Below are positions 8,310 to 16,753 of a DNA stretch of 32,000 nucleotides, one piece after another. The position numbers and the translations under genes were made by a program. Within the stretch, counting starts at the first letter, position 1. Each line of letters opens with the position of its first letter. The notes below the pieces were generated by a model. The model saw nothing but the letters and a program-made list of their open reading frames with translations, did no database searches and was not told the DNA's origin. The DNA lies in the NCBI RefSeq assembly GCF_000253055.1, contig NC_016070.1, positions 150,001-182,000 of the forward strand. The letters run 5' to 3'. This DNA comes from Thermoproteus tenax Kra 1. Lineage in GTDB: Archaea > Thermoproteota > Thermoprotei > Thermoproteales > Thermoproteaceae.

Positions 8310-10892
8310 TTAGGCCAGAAGTTTGGCCACTCCCCTCAGCTCCTCCATGGAGTAGCCCAGGGCCTCCAACACTTGCTCCACGGTTGTCGCCATATACTCA
8401 AGGTATTTCCTATCGTCGATCTCGTCTATTCTGGCCAGCTGTATGGGCTTGACGCCCAGGGCATCCCTCGTCTTGACGTAGATTATCACGTCGCCGCGCC
8501 CCAGCTTGATGCCCATCGCCTTGCTGAGCATCTCGGCCGCCTTCACGTGTTGCGGCTTGTTCTTAGTGTATTCGTCCAAATCCTTATTGAGGGTCGTCTT
8601 AATGGCCAACTTGTCCAGAGTTATCTTCCTCTCCCTCAGCTTTGACTCATAGTCTCTAATTAGCGCCGAGATCTCGTCTCTAGTCTTTAATATGTCGTCG
8701 AGAGTGTGAACTGAGCGGAGCCTCTCCACTATGTCGTCCATGAGATCTTTGACGAAGCTGGGAGCGTTGCGCTTCTTGCCGACAAGGCCCTTGATCACGA
8801 CGCCTCCATCGGCTGTGACGCCCAAATAGTTCTTTTTACGGCCGCTGAACAGGACAAACCGGTAAACTTTGTCTAAATCGATGTCGATGCCCAGCTGCGA
8901 TGCGTAGTCCATAAGCCCCTTTATTTTCTCGTTGTCTGCGTTCAGGAGGAACAAGCTGTCAGTGTCTCCGTAGATGGGCTCCATCCCCAGCTCGATCGCT
9001 CTGAGCACAGTGCTGGTCATGACGTATCTAGCAAGAGCTGTGGTGAGCTCAGCGACGGGCGGGCAATACAACGGGAAGGTCTCGGCTCCGAACACACCAT
9101 ACGACGCATTTATGAACACCTTCATAGCGCTCTGGACCACATCGTATAGAGTCCTCTCCTGTTGAGTGGAGGCCGATTTGGCCAACTTCTTATACACATG
9201 TACTCTCAGATCGCGGAGTATGCCCACCAGAAGGCTGGTTATTCCCCTCCTCTTTTTACAGATCCAGTGTGGGAGCTCTGCGATTGGCCTCTCGGCGTTC
9301 TCCTTGTCTTTACAGTTGACTGTCTCGTAGGAGAGATTCCATTTGCTGATCACCGAGGGGTACAGAGAAGCGAAGTCCAGGACGTAGACGTTGAAGAAGA
9401 CTCCGGCGGGGGGATCGAGGACAACAGCCCCTGCGTATTTCTTGCCCTTGATTATAGCTTTCGTGTAGGCCTCCCCTCTGGAGGCTATGATGTCCTCCTT
9501 GTTGGGGATGAGCCAGCCCCTCCTCCTGTGTTCGAAGTAAAGCATATTTCTAATCCACGCTGAGACTTGGGAGCGGGTCAGATCCTCGGGCGGCAGCTTG
9601 GCTATGCGCGACAGAAGGATTACAAGCTTCATAACGAGCTCGTCGTTATACACAGTGAAATACAGAGTGATGAAGGCATCGCGGAAGTTATATTCAGCCA
9701 GCTCGTCTAGAGGCAGAGAGGAGATTACGGACTGTCTCTCTATTTTGCCTATGCCCAACACCGCCGACGCGATGGCGTCAAGCCCCCTCTCGCCTCTGTA
9801 TACTCCTCCGAAGGCGTAGACCTCGATGGCCTTTATTGCGAAGAACTTGTACAGATCTATATGGATGCCGGGGGCGACCGTCACGTAGTCCCTCCTCGCC
9901 ACTATCGGTATCTCCTCCTTTTTGAATCCCAAGGCTAGGGCGCGGTTGTAGAGGTAGGGCAGATCAAAGTTGTCGCCGTTGAAGGAGACTATCAGAGGAT
10001 ACTGCACGAGGGTCTTGAAAACTTCGGCGATCAAGTCGTACTCGTTGTCAAAGAACAAGACCTCGTACTCGGCGTCCTTAAGTGCATCGAAGTCGACCTT
10101 TACGTCGGGTCTCTTGAGCAAGAGCACCCTCCTCAGCCCGTCGGTGCCCACTAGGGCCACTGAGACGACCTCATATAGCGCGTCCTTAGGGTTGGGCACT
10201 TTGTTCTCCTGAGGAGTGAACACCTCTATGTCTATCGCGACTCTCTTTATGTGGGGTATAGGCGCTTGGAAGAGGGGGATCCAGTTGGCGGCCTCCTCTC
10301 TCTCATCGTCGGAGGAGAACACCGTGGTGAGGCTCTTCAATACGTCCTGGGGTATATCGACTTCCACGGGGACTAGCCCGTTGCCCTCGCTCCGATACCA
10401 CATCCCAGGTAGAATAGCTCTGTCGAACAAGTAGCTGTGGTGGTACTTTATTCTGGACTCCCAAGTCTTGGGGAGCAGCTCTCTTATCGACCTTCTGCCG
10501 CCTCCTATGGAGAGGGGGTCCTTCGCGTATACCTTAGTGAGCTGGACTGTGCGGTCCGCCAGAGCGTCGTACTTCGACACAACCTCCAGGTGGCTGAAGC
10601 CGGGGTGTTTCAGAACATCGGGGTACTTCTCGGCGATAACCTCTGGGGGCACGTCGGTTATCAGATAGGGCCTGTGTCTAGTGTTGTCGTACCAGTAGTA
10701 GACAGTATCGCTCTGGGGGTCGTAGAGCTTGACCAACGCCTTCCCCTCAGCGCCGTCGTAGGTGACCGAGAGGACGATAGAAGGAGGTATAGACGCCGAT
10801 AGGGCCCCCTTTATTCTATACTCAGCTACCTCCTCCTCTTCCGACTCTCTAACTTCCTCCTCTTCGATGAACTCCTCCTCTTCAAAGGCCAC
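8310..10892 (-). CDS. polB: Family B DNA polymerase (860 aa; size suggests crenarchaeal PolB1-type replicative enzyme)
   Basis: Exo I VAIDIEV, Exo II NGDNFDLPYL and Exo III YNFRDAFITLY are present. So are Pol A DFASLYPS, Pol B KVFINASYG and Pol C YGDTDS. The N-terminus is acidic, the start codon is GTG, and there is no intein. Confidence 0.95.
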   Translation of the reverse strand: MAFEEEEFIEEEEVRESEEEEVAEYRIKGALSASIPPSIVLSVTYDGAEGKALVKLYDPQSDTVYYWYDNTRHRPYLITDVPPEVIAEKYPDVLKHPGFSHLEVVSKYDALADRTVQLTKVYAKDPLSIGGGRRSIRELLPKTWESRIKYHHSYLFDRAILPGMWYRSEGNGLVPVEVDIPQDVLKSLTTVFSSDDEREEAANWIPLFQAPIPHIKRVAIDIEVFTPQENKVPNPKDALYEVVSVALVGTDGLRRVLLLKRPDVKVDFDALKDAEYEVLFFDNEYDLIAEVFKTLVQYPLIVSFNGDNFDLPYLYNRALALGFKKEEIPIVARRDYVTVAPGIHIDLYKFFAIKAIEVYAFGGVYRGERGLDAIASAVLGIGKIERQSVISSLPLDELAEYNFRDAFITLYFTVYNDELVMKLVILLSRIAKLPPEDLTRSQVSAWIRNMLYFEHRRRGWLIPNKEDIIASRGEAYTKAIIKGKKYAGAVVLDPPAGVFFNVYVLDFASLYPSVISKWNLSYETVNCKDKENAERPIAELPHWICKKRRGITSLLVGILRDLRVHVYKKLAKSASTQQERTLYDVVQSAMKVFINASYGVFGAETFPLYCPPVAELTTALARYVMTSTVLRAIELGMEPIYGDTDSLFLLNADNEKIKGLMDYASQLGIDIDLDKVYRFVLFSGRKKNYLGVTADGGVVIKGLVGKKRNAPSFVKDLMDDIVERLRSVHTLDDILKTRDEISALIRDYESKLRERKITLDKLAIKTTLNKDLDEYTKNKPQHVKAAEMLSKAMGIKLGRGDVIIYVKTRDALGVKPIQLARIDEIDDRKYLEYMATTVEQVLEALGYSMEELRGVAKLLA

Positions 10893-10908
10893 GGATATAA
10901 GAAGATCG

Positions 10909-10920
10909 GTGTTTAAACAC
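10909..10920 (-). promoter_or_regulatory. Palindromic TATA element GTGTTTAAACAC upstream of polB
   Basis: This perfect 12-nt palindrome is centred about 22 nt upstream of the polB GTG at 10892, consistent with a leaderless or near-leaderless transcript. Confidence 0.45.
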
Positions 10921-11041
10921 GTACCTCGCCCGCAGATAATACATATCCTTCTTAAATTTTAATATATTATTATAATTAAACATAAAAATAAAATCCAATA
11001 AAATAAAAATGTAAACTAAGTAATATAATAGTATTTAAAAG

Positions 11042-11524
11042 ATGAAAAATAATAGAGTTAGTGTATTTCTATCAAGGGGAAAGATTAATAAAGTGCCTCG
11101 CAAAGAGTACAATATGGTCATCTACGTTTCACCGCATAAGAATGACGTTAAGACCACGATGTCCACAGATCTCAAGAAGACATTACTCTCAGAAGTTATA
11201 GGAGAGGTTATACAAGGCGTAACCATACTGGACTCGCGAGGAGTGCCGATAATACACCAGCTGCCCAATACGTTGACGGCGAAGACGTTGCGGCAGGTCT
11301 CAAACCTCATAGAGCTTGTCAACATAATTAGACAGAACCAAGACGAGAGCCTCGGCGACTTTCAGTATATAATGATAAAATATATGAACTATAAGGTAGG
11401 CATCTTCGAGCTCCCCAACAAGAAGGGGTGGCTCATCGTCTTCCTAAACCCATTGTGGCACATTGAAAACGTCATCCCGAAGATAAGGCAGTTTTCCCAC
11501 AAGATAGCCCAGATAGTCACTTAG
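11042..11524 (+). CDS. Roadblock/LC7 (MglB-like) domain protein; start uncertain
   Basis: From MSTDLKK onward the pattern matches the Roadblock/LC7 layout (GVTILDSRGVPII....; LGDFQYIMIKYMNYKVGIFEL...GWLIVFLNP....). The first 40 codons are extremely A/T-rich. In-frame ATGs at 11114 and 11159 are alternative starts. G+C is lower than in the neighbouring genes. Confidence 0.55.
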   Translation: MKNNRVSVFLSRGKINKVPRKEYNMVIYVSPHKNDVKTTMSTDLKKTLLSEVIGEVIQGVTILDSRGVPIIHQLPNTLTAKTLRQVSNLIELVNIIRQNQDESLGDFQYIMIKYMNYKVGIFELPNKKGWLIVFLNPLWHIENVIPKIRQFSHKIAQIVT

Positions 11525-12731
11525 AGCGGCCGAGCGCCTGATGAGCCCTAGCCAACTCGTTCCTGGCGAGGGCAAGTATTAGGTTCAACTCTCCTGCCAA
11601 GACAGCCGCCGCGACTATCTCGGCGAATTTGAGCGAGTTGGTGCCGGGCGGATTGCCAGAGCCGGCGACGCCCAAGAGCTCGAGGGCCTCCCTCTGAGTG
11701 GGCAACCCCGTGCCTCCGCCGACAGTGCCGACCTCTAGGCTGGGCAAGAAGACGGACACGTAGAGTCCATCCTCTCTGGGCTCAGTCCAGGTAATGCCCA
11801 TGCTGGACTCCACCACTTGGGCTACGTCTTGGCCAGTCGCTATGAATATGGCTGTGATTATATTGGCGAAGTGCGCGTTGAAGCCGTAGGAGTGGGCCAA
11901 GGCGGAGCCCAGTAGGTTCTTCCGCACGTTGACCTCGTGGACGTCCTCGGGCCTCACGCCCATTTTGGACAAGACCTCTCTGCGTATTAACGCCTCGGCC
12001 ACAACAGTCTTCCCCCTGCCCAAAAGGAAGTTCACTGCGCTCGGCTTCTTATCAACACACAAGTTCCCGCTGAGGGCCACTAGTTGGGCGCTGGGGTAGT
12101 TCTCTTGGATGAACTTGGCGGCGGCCTCCGAGGCTATAGTGGCCATGTTCATCCCCATGGCGTCCCCAGTCTCGAAGACGAAGCGTAGCCACACGTTGTT
12201 ACCCACGATGAAAGGCTGTATCTCCTTAAGCCTTCCGTGCCTAGTAGTAGATTCGGCGGCCCTCTTTATTTCTTCGAAGTGCGCTCTGATCCACTCAACG
12301 AAGTCTACGGCGTCTATCATCGAGGGCAGTTTGAACAGGGGCGCTCTCGCCATCCCGTCCTTGATGACGCGCGCGCGGGCCCCTCCGGACTCAGTTACTA
12401 TCTTGGCCCCTCTATTTACTGAGGCCACTAGTGCGCCCTCAGTAGTCGCAAGCGGTATGTAGAACTCGCCGTTGGCGTATTGGCCGCGCACCAATAGGGG
12501 GCCCGCCACGCCGATAGGTATCTGGGCCGCCCCTATCGGGTTCTCTATGTTTCTGCCCACAGCCTTGTTGAAGTCTATCACAGTGCGGCCTATGGCGTCC
12601 AGCCTAACGCCAGTCTTCCTCTCGAGGTATCTACGCCGCTCCTCGGCGGCTCTGTTCGAGTCGCCTAGAATTCTATCGAGCTCGTGGAGCTTCACGGCGC
12701 CTTCCTCAAGTTTTTTGGCCAGCTCTTCCAT
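11517..12731 (-). CDS. hmgA: 3-hydroxy-3-methylglutaryl-CoA reductase, class I
   Basis: TTEGALVASVNRGAK, TGDAMGMNM and EVGTVGGGTGL are present. The length is 404 aa. Confidence 0.95.
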   Translation of the reverse strand: MEELAKKLEEGAVKLHELDRILGDSNRAAEERRRYLERKTGVRLDAIGRTVIDFNKAVGRNIENPIGAAQIPIGVAGPLLVRGQYANGEFYIPLATTEGALVASVNRGAKIVTESGGARARVIKDGMARAPLFKLPSMIDAVDFVEWIRAHFEEIKRAAESTTRHGRLKEIQPFIVGNNVWLRFVFETGDAMGMNMATIASEAAAKFIQENYPSAQLVALSGNLCVDKKPSAVNFLLGRGKTVVAEALIRREVLSKMGVRPEDVHEVNVRKNLLGSALAHSYGFNAHFANIITAIFIATGQDVAQVVESSMGITWTEPREDGLYVSVFLPSLEVGTVGGGTGLPTQREALELLGVAGSGNPPGTNSLKFAEIVAAAVLAGELNLILALARNELARAHQALGRSK

Positions 12732-12736
12732 CCAAA

Positions 12737-12751
12737 CATTTTAATATAATG
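12737..12751. promoter_or_regulatory. A/T-rich core of the 36-bp divergent hmgA/thiolase-like intergenic region
   Basis: cattttaatataatg is centred about 25 nt upstream of the ATG at 12768. A weaker ttgataag on the other strand sits about 25 nt from the hmgA ATG at 12731. The two leaderless promoters lie back to back. Confidence 0.5.
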
Positions 12752-12767
12752 TCTTATCAAGTTTTCG

Positions 12768-13880
12768 ATGACAGACGTATGGGTAAACGGCGCGTCCATG
12801 ATGCCGACCGGCAGACACTACAACGTGAACATAGACGAGATGGCGGCGCGCGTGCTCGACGAGGCGTTGAGGGATGCGGGCAACCCACAGCTGGACGCTC
12901 TGTTTGTCGCCTCGGCCACCTCGGAACAAGCCGAGAAACAACAGCTGTTGGGCGCCTATATAGCGTCTAGGCTAGGACTTGACAAAATAGCAACGTACAG
13001 GGTGGAGAACGCCGACGGCTCAGGCGGAGCGGCCATAATGGCAGCCGCCATGGCCGTCAGATCTGGTCTCTACAACTGCGTTGCTGTAGTCGGAGCCGAC
13101 AAGCCCAACGACGTCCTCTCCAACCAACAACAAGATATATACTCCACGGCGACGGATACAGTCTATGAGAGGTACTTCGGCGTGACGCCCGCGGCGCAGG
13201 CGGCCATAATGGCCAAGCTCTATTTGAACAAATATGAGTATAAGTACGAGGACCTGGCCCTCTGGCCTGTTCTGATGCACAAAAACGGTGCAAACAACCC
13301 CTACGCCTATATGAGGAAACAGGCCAAGATAGAGGACGTGCTCGAGAGCGAGCTGGTGAGCGATCCACTGAGGCTGTACGACGTCGGCCCCATGGCCGAC
13401 GGGGCGGCGGCTCTTGTTTTGTGTAGAAACAGAGGATTCGCGAAAATAGTGGGCATGTGGACCTCCACGAGCTCGAGGCCGTTCAATATGAGGGAGGACT
13501 ACGACGTCCTCTACTCGGCGAGGGAGGCGGCCGAGAGGGCCTACGCAATGGCGGGCATAACGCCGCGCGATGTAGCTGTAGCCGAGGTCCACGACTCTTA
13601 CTCTATCTTCGGCGTCTTAGCCGCCGAGGCTTTGGGCCTGGCGCCGCGGGGCCAGCTCCTTGCCTCTCTTAAGGCTGGAGCAGATATTAAAGTCAATTTG
13701 AGCGGCGGCTTGAAGAGCCGCGGCAACATCATGGGCGCCACCGGCGTGTATCAAGCCGTTGAAGTGTTGTGGCAGCTGTTGGGCAAGGCTCCCTTCAAGA
13801 GGGCGGACGGAAATATAGGAGTGTTGCACTCCATGGGAGGCGTCGATAGGACTTCGACTATAGTCGTATTTGCAATATAG
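12768..13880 (+). CDS. Thiolase-fold protein (archaeal SCP-x-type acetoacetyl-CoA thiolase homologue) lacking the canonical catalytic Cys and His
   Basis: Full-length similarity to archaeal thiolases is visible (RVE.A..SGG.A, DGAAALVL, VAEVHD, N.SGGLK..G...GATG). The gene also holds the conserved position upstream of DUF35 and HMGCS. Residues D83 and N320 occupy the positions of the nucleophilic Cys and the His (see findings). Confidence 0.9.
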   Translation: MTDVWVNGASMMPTGRHYNVNIDEMAARVLDEALRDAGNPQLDALFVASATSEQAEKQQLLGAYIASRLGLDKIATYRVENADGSGGAAIMAAAMAVRSGLYNCVAVVGADKPNDVLSNQQQDIYSTATDTVYERYFGVTPAAQAAIMAKLYLNKYEYKYEDLALWPVLMHKNGANNPYAYMRKQAKIEDVLESELVSDPLRLYDVGPMADGAAALVLCRNRGFAKIVGMWTSTSSRPFNMREDYDVLYSAREAAERAYAMAGITPRDVAVAEVHDSYSIFGVLAAEALGLAPRGQLLASLKAGADIKVNLSGGLKSRGNIMGATGVYQAVEVLWQLLGKAPFKRADGNIGVLHSMGGVDRTSTIVVFAI

Positions 13881-13912
13881 CAAAAAATATTAATGAAGGA
13901 GATCTAGGTGCT

Positions 13913-14311
13913 ATGGAACACGAATCGGTCCCCTTATACTGGAGAAATATACCTAGCTATTATAGGCTCAACGCCAAGAGGTGTAAGAAGTGCGGAGAGG
14001 CCTACTATCCGCCGGTAGTTAAGTGCCCCAAGTGCGGCTCCTCGGAGCTCGAGGACTATCAGCTCCCCTACGAGGGCGAGCTAGTCGAGTTCACAGTTCT
14101 CAGGAACGTCCCCACAGACTATCTGAAGCAGAAGCCGCTAATAATAGGGCTCGTCCAACTGGGCCCTGTGAAAGTCCTGGGCCAGATAGTCGACGCAGTG
14201 CCGGAGAAGCTCAAGAGGGGGCAGAGAGTCGAGGCTGTGTTCAGAAGAGTCGTCGTCGACGGAAAATATGGGCTAGTTATGTACGGCTACAAGTTCAGGC
14301 CTAAGCCATGA
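13913..14311 (+). CDS. DUF35 zinc-ribbon/OB-fold protein (thiolase/HMGCS complex scaffold family)
   Basis: A CKKCG...CPKCGS rubredoxin-like ribbon is followed by an OB-fold segment. The protein is 132 aa and sits between the thiolase-like gene and HMGCS. Confidence 0.9.
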   Translation: MEHESVPLYWRNIPSYYRLNAKRCKKCGEAYYPPVVKCPKCGSSELEDYQLPYEGELVEFTVLRNVPTDYLKQKPLIIGLVQLGPVKVLGQIVDAVPEKLKRGQRVEAVFRRVVVDGKYGLVMYGYKFRPKP

Positions 14312-15357
14312 GGACCGGCATTGTATCTTGGGGAGCGTATATACCTAAGTACCGCGTCAGAACCGAGGACATAGCCAGAACGTGGGGCGACGATCCGCAG
14401 AGGATAATCGATATGTATCTGGTCTATGAAAAGAGCGTCGAAGGATACGACGAAGACGCCGTCACTATAGCCGTCGAGGCCGCGAGGAGGGCGCTGAGGC
14501 GCGGCAAGATCGATCCGCGGAGGATAGGCGCCGTGTACTCCGGCACTGAGTCCAAGCCCTACGCCGTGAAGCCGATCTCGTCCATCCTCATTGACGCGCT
14601 CGGCCTCTCCAATAACGTCTTCGCCGTCGATATGGAGTTTGCGTGTAAAGCCGGCTCAGACGGCATAGTCGCTGTGATGGGCCTCGTGGACTCCGGGAGG
14701 ATCGAGTACGGGATGGCTGTGGGCACGGATACTTCACAAGGCGAGCCTGGGGAACACCTGGATTATTCGGCGAGTAGCGGCGGCGTTGCCTACATAGTAG
14801 GACGGAGCGAGGTAGCAGCTGAGTTCGAGGCAGTTTATACGTTCAGTTCCGATACTCCAGACTTCTGGCGCAGAGAGGGATCGCCATACCCCATGCACGG
14901 CGAGGGCTTCACGGGGGAGCCGGCGTATTTCAGACACGTGGTGGGCGCAGCCAAAGGGCTCATGGAGAGGTACGGCTATAAGGTATCCGACTTCGCCTAC
15001 GCGATCTTCCACCAGCCCAACGGCCGCTTCCCTATGCGCGCCGCCGCTATGTTGGGATTTCCGCCCGACAAAGTGAAGCCGGGCATCGTAGTGACCCACA
15101 TAGGAAACACCTACAACGCATCTGCGCTGATGGGCCTCGCGAGAGTGTTGGAGCAGGCAAAGCCCGGCGACAAAATACTCCTGGTGACGTTCGGGTCGGG
15201 CGCAGGATCAAACGCGTTCGCCTTAAACGTGACCGATTGGATCATTGAGAGGCAGAGGGCCGATGTGCCCAAGGTCGACGACATGCTGGCCGACAAAATA
15301 TACTTAGATTATTCAATGTACCTAAAGAATAGAAAGATGATTAAGTTATTCGAGTGA
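14308..15357 (+). CDS. Archaeal hydroxymethylglutaryl-CoA synthase
   Basis: [11 protein letters not shown] (Glu), EFACKAG (Cys) and FHQPNG (His) are present. The length is 349 aa. An ATGA overlap links it to the DUF35 gene. Confidence 0.93.
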   Translation: MRTGIVSWGAYIPKYRVRTEDIARTWGDDPQRIIDMYLVYEKSVEGYDEDAVTIAVEAARRALRRGKIDPRRIGAVYSGTESKPYAVKPISSILIDALGLSNNVFAVDMEFACKAGSDGIVAVMGLVDSGRIEYGMAVGTDTSQGEPGEHLDYSASSGGVAYIVGRSEVAAEFEAVYTFSSDTPDFWRREGSPYPMHGEGFTGEPAYFRHVVGAAKGLMERYGYKVSDFAYAIFHQPNGRFPMRAAAMLGFPPDKVKPGIVVTHIGNTYNASALMGLARVLEQAKPGDKILLVTFGSGAGSNAFALNVTDWIIERQRADVPKVDDMLADKIYLDYSMYLKNRKMIKLFE

Positions 15358-15363
15358 GGTAAT

Positions 15364-15379
15364 ATCCTATTTATAGGAT
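15364..15379 (+). promoter_or_regulatory. TATA box embedded in inverted repeat ATCCTA-TTTA-TAGGAT (candidate autoregulatory operator)
   Basis: The 6-bp arms flank the TATA core, about 40 nt upstream of the wHTH gene ATG at 15413. Confidence 0.45.
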
Positions 15380-15412
15380 TTTTGAGTTAAAAACTCGTGG
15401 CCATGAGATTAT

Positions 15413-15655
15413 ATGCCGCGCCGTCAGACAGACAAGGTATTGGAACGGAAGGACCAGATAGTGGATCTCATAAAGCGGCACGGGGAGCTCACTACGAGCG
15501 CCATAATGAGGCTGACAGGCATGAGCCACTCCCAGATATTCTACGTCTTGAAGCTCTTAGAGAAAGAGGGAGTAGTGAAGGAGGTGAGGAGGGGAAAAAT
15601 AGCGTATTGGCGCCTCAATGTTGAGCAAGAAAGCGGACTTAAAGAACATCAGTGA
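15413..15655 (+). CDS. Small winged-helix DNA-binding protein
   Basis: The 80-aa product contains LTTSAIMRLTGMSHSQIFYVLKLLEKEGVVKEVRRGKIAYWRL, an HTH plus wing pattern of MarR/ArsR/TrmB-like wHTH proteins. Confidence 0.7.
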   Translation: MPRRQTDKVLERKDQIVDLIKRHGELTTSAIMRLTGMSHSQIFYVLKLLEKEGVVKEVRRGKIAYWRLNVEQESGLKEHQ

Positions 15656-16304
15656 GATCGGAGTACTCGGCGCCACTATACTCTGCGCCAAGAGAGGCTG
15701 CGAAGGGGATGGGCCGGAGATATACATAGGCAGACTCAAGATCAAACTATACTTGGGAGGCCCGGCCAAAGAGGCCCAGGCCCCCCAGAGGAAGAGGGGC
15801 CAAGCCAGCCTTCTAGAGCTAGTCGGCCGTCCACAACGCAGTCAGCCGCAGCGGCCCCAGAGGCCTCCGGAGAGCCCCAAGGAGGAGAGGCCTAAGGCCC
15901 AGGCCGCGGCGCAGGCTGAGGAGAGGCGGAGCGAGGCGGCGGAGAAAAAGGGCGAGGAAGGGGGAGGGGCAGGCGGGGAGAGGCGGGAGCCCGCCCCCGG
16001 CGGCGCGGACAAGCCCGAGCATGTCGACGTGGAGAGCCTAGTCAGAATAGCCTCGGGGGCCATAGGGGTAGGCTCGGCGGAGACCAAGAGGGCCGTGGAG
16101 GCTGCTCTCTCCTATCTGTCCACCTACCCTAGTGTGGGCGTCTTGAGGTTTCTAGAGGACGTCAAAAAGATCGCCAAGGTCGACCCCGAGGTCTTGAGGA
16201 GGCTCCTCAATATTATGAGGGCGTTGGACATAGTGGAGTTGCACGAGGTGGGCGTCGTCAATCTGAAGAAAAAGATAGAGGTGAGAAGGGAGACAAAGCT
16301 CTGA
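15618..16304 (+). CDS. Hypothetical protein with a small N-domain, a Pro/Glu/Arg/Ala-rich disordered linker and a helical (possibly wHTH-like) C-domain
   Basis: The 228-aa ORF overlaps the wHTH gene by 38 nt. The central part (about 15770-16020) is low-complexity. The C-terminal 80 aa look globular. I do not recognise a family. Confidence 0.55.
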   Translation: MLSKKADLKNISEIGVLGATILCAKRGCEGDGPEIYIGRLKIKLYLGGPAKEAQAPQRKRGQASLLELVGRPQRSQPQRPQRPPESPKEERPKAQAAAQAEERRSEAAEKKGEEGGGAGGERREPAPGGADKPEHVDVESLVRIASGAIGVGSAETKRAVEAALSYLSTYPSVGVLRFLEDVKKIAKVDPEVLRRLLNIMRALDIVELHEVGVVNLKKKIEVRRETKL

Positions 16305-16306
16305 GA

Positions 16307-16645
16307 TCAGCTAGCGGCCCTCCTCGCGGGCGCGTAGACCTCAGTCCTGTGACCCTTCGACACTAAAACAAGGTCTCCCTTGGCCCTCAGAGTGCGCAAC
16401 GCCCTCAATGCGACCGTCATCTTGACTCCGTACTTGCTGGCTACATCGTACGCAGTAATGGCGTTCACAGTCTGAATCTCCTTAGAGAGCGCCTCCAACA
16501 GTCTCTCCTCAGCGGTTATCTGTTGTTTCTTGGCACCGCCCTCCTCCTTCTTCTTGCCCTTGGCTTGAGCTTGTTGTTGCTGCTGTCCAGCCTTCTCCGC
16601 CTTTTTGGCCAACTGGCTCAACGTGGGCCTTTTCTTGCCGCCCAT
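16307..16645 (-). CDS. rps25e: 30S ribosomal protein eS25 (S25e)
   Basis: A Lys-rich N-terminus is followed by ITAYDVASKYGVKMTVALRALRTLRAKGDLVLVSKGHRTEVY, an eS25 winged-helix pattern. A tttaaa lies about 22 nt upstream. Confidence 0.9.
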   Translation of the reverse strand: MGGKKRPTLSQLAKKAEKAGQQQQQAQAKGKKKEEGGAKKQQITAEERLLEALSKEIQTVNAITAYDVASKYGVKMTVALRALRTLRAKGDLVLVSKGHRTEVYAPARRAAS

Positions 16646-16724
16646 GTCGGTTAATAAAAGCTCGTTTAAAGATTTAGCGCCCCCGATGACGTAGACATAT
16701 CGCGCCGGGAAATTTAAAGCCCAT

Positions 16725-16736
16725 CTATTTAAATAG
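16725..16736 (+). promoter_or_regulatory. Palindromic TATA element CTATTTAAATAG upstream of tbp
   Basis: This perfect 12-nt palindrome is centred about 24 nt upstream of the ATG at 16754, which is leaderless spacing. Confidence 0.5.
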
Positions 16737-16753
16737 GGTTTAAAAATCTAGAT

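Noticed and set aside
8373-10802. Numerous 60-130-aa + strand ORFs antisense to polB, and similar antisense or shadow ORFs inside the ABC, proS, hmgA, thiolase, GGR and HerA genes
   Set aside because: They are shadow frames of well-supported genes. They show biased low-complexity composition and no motifs.
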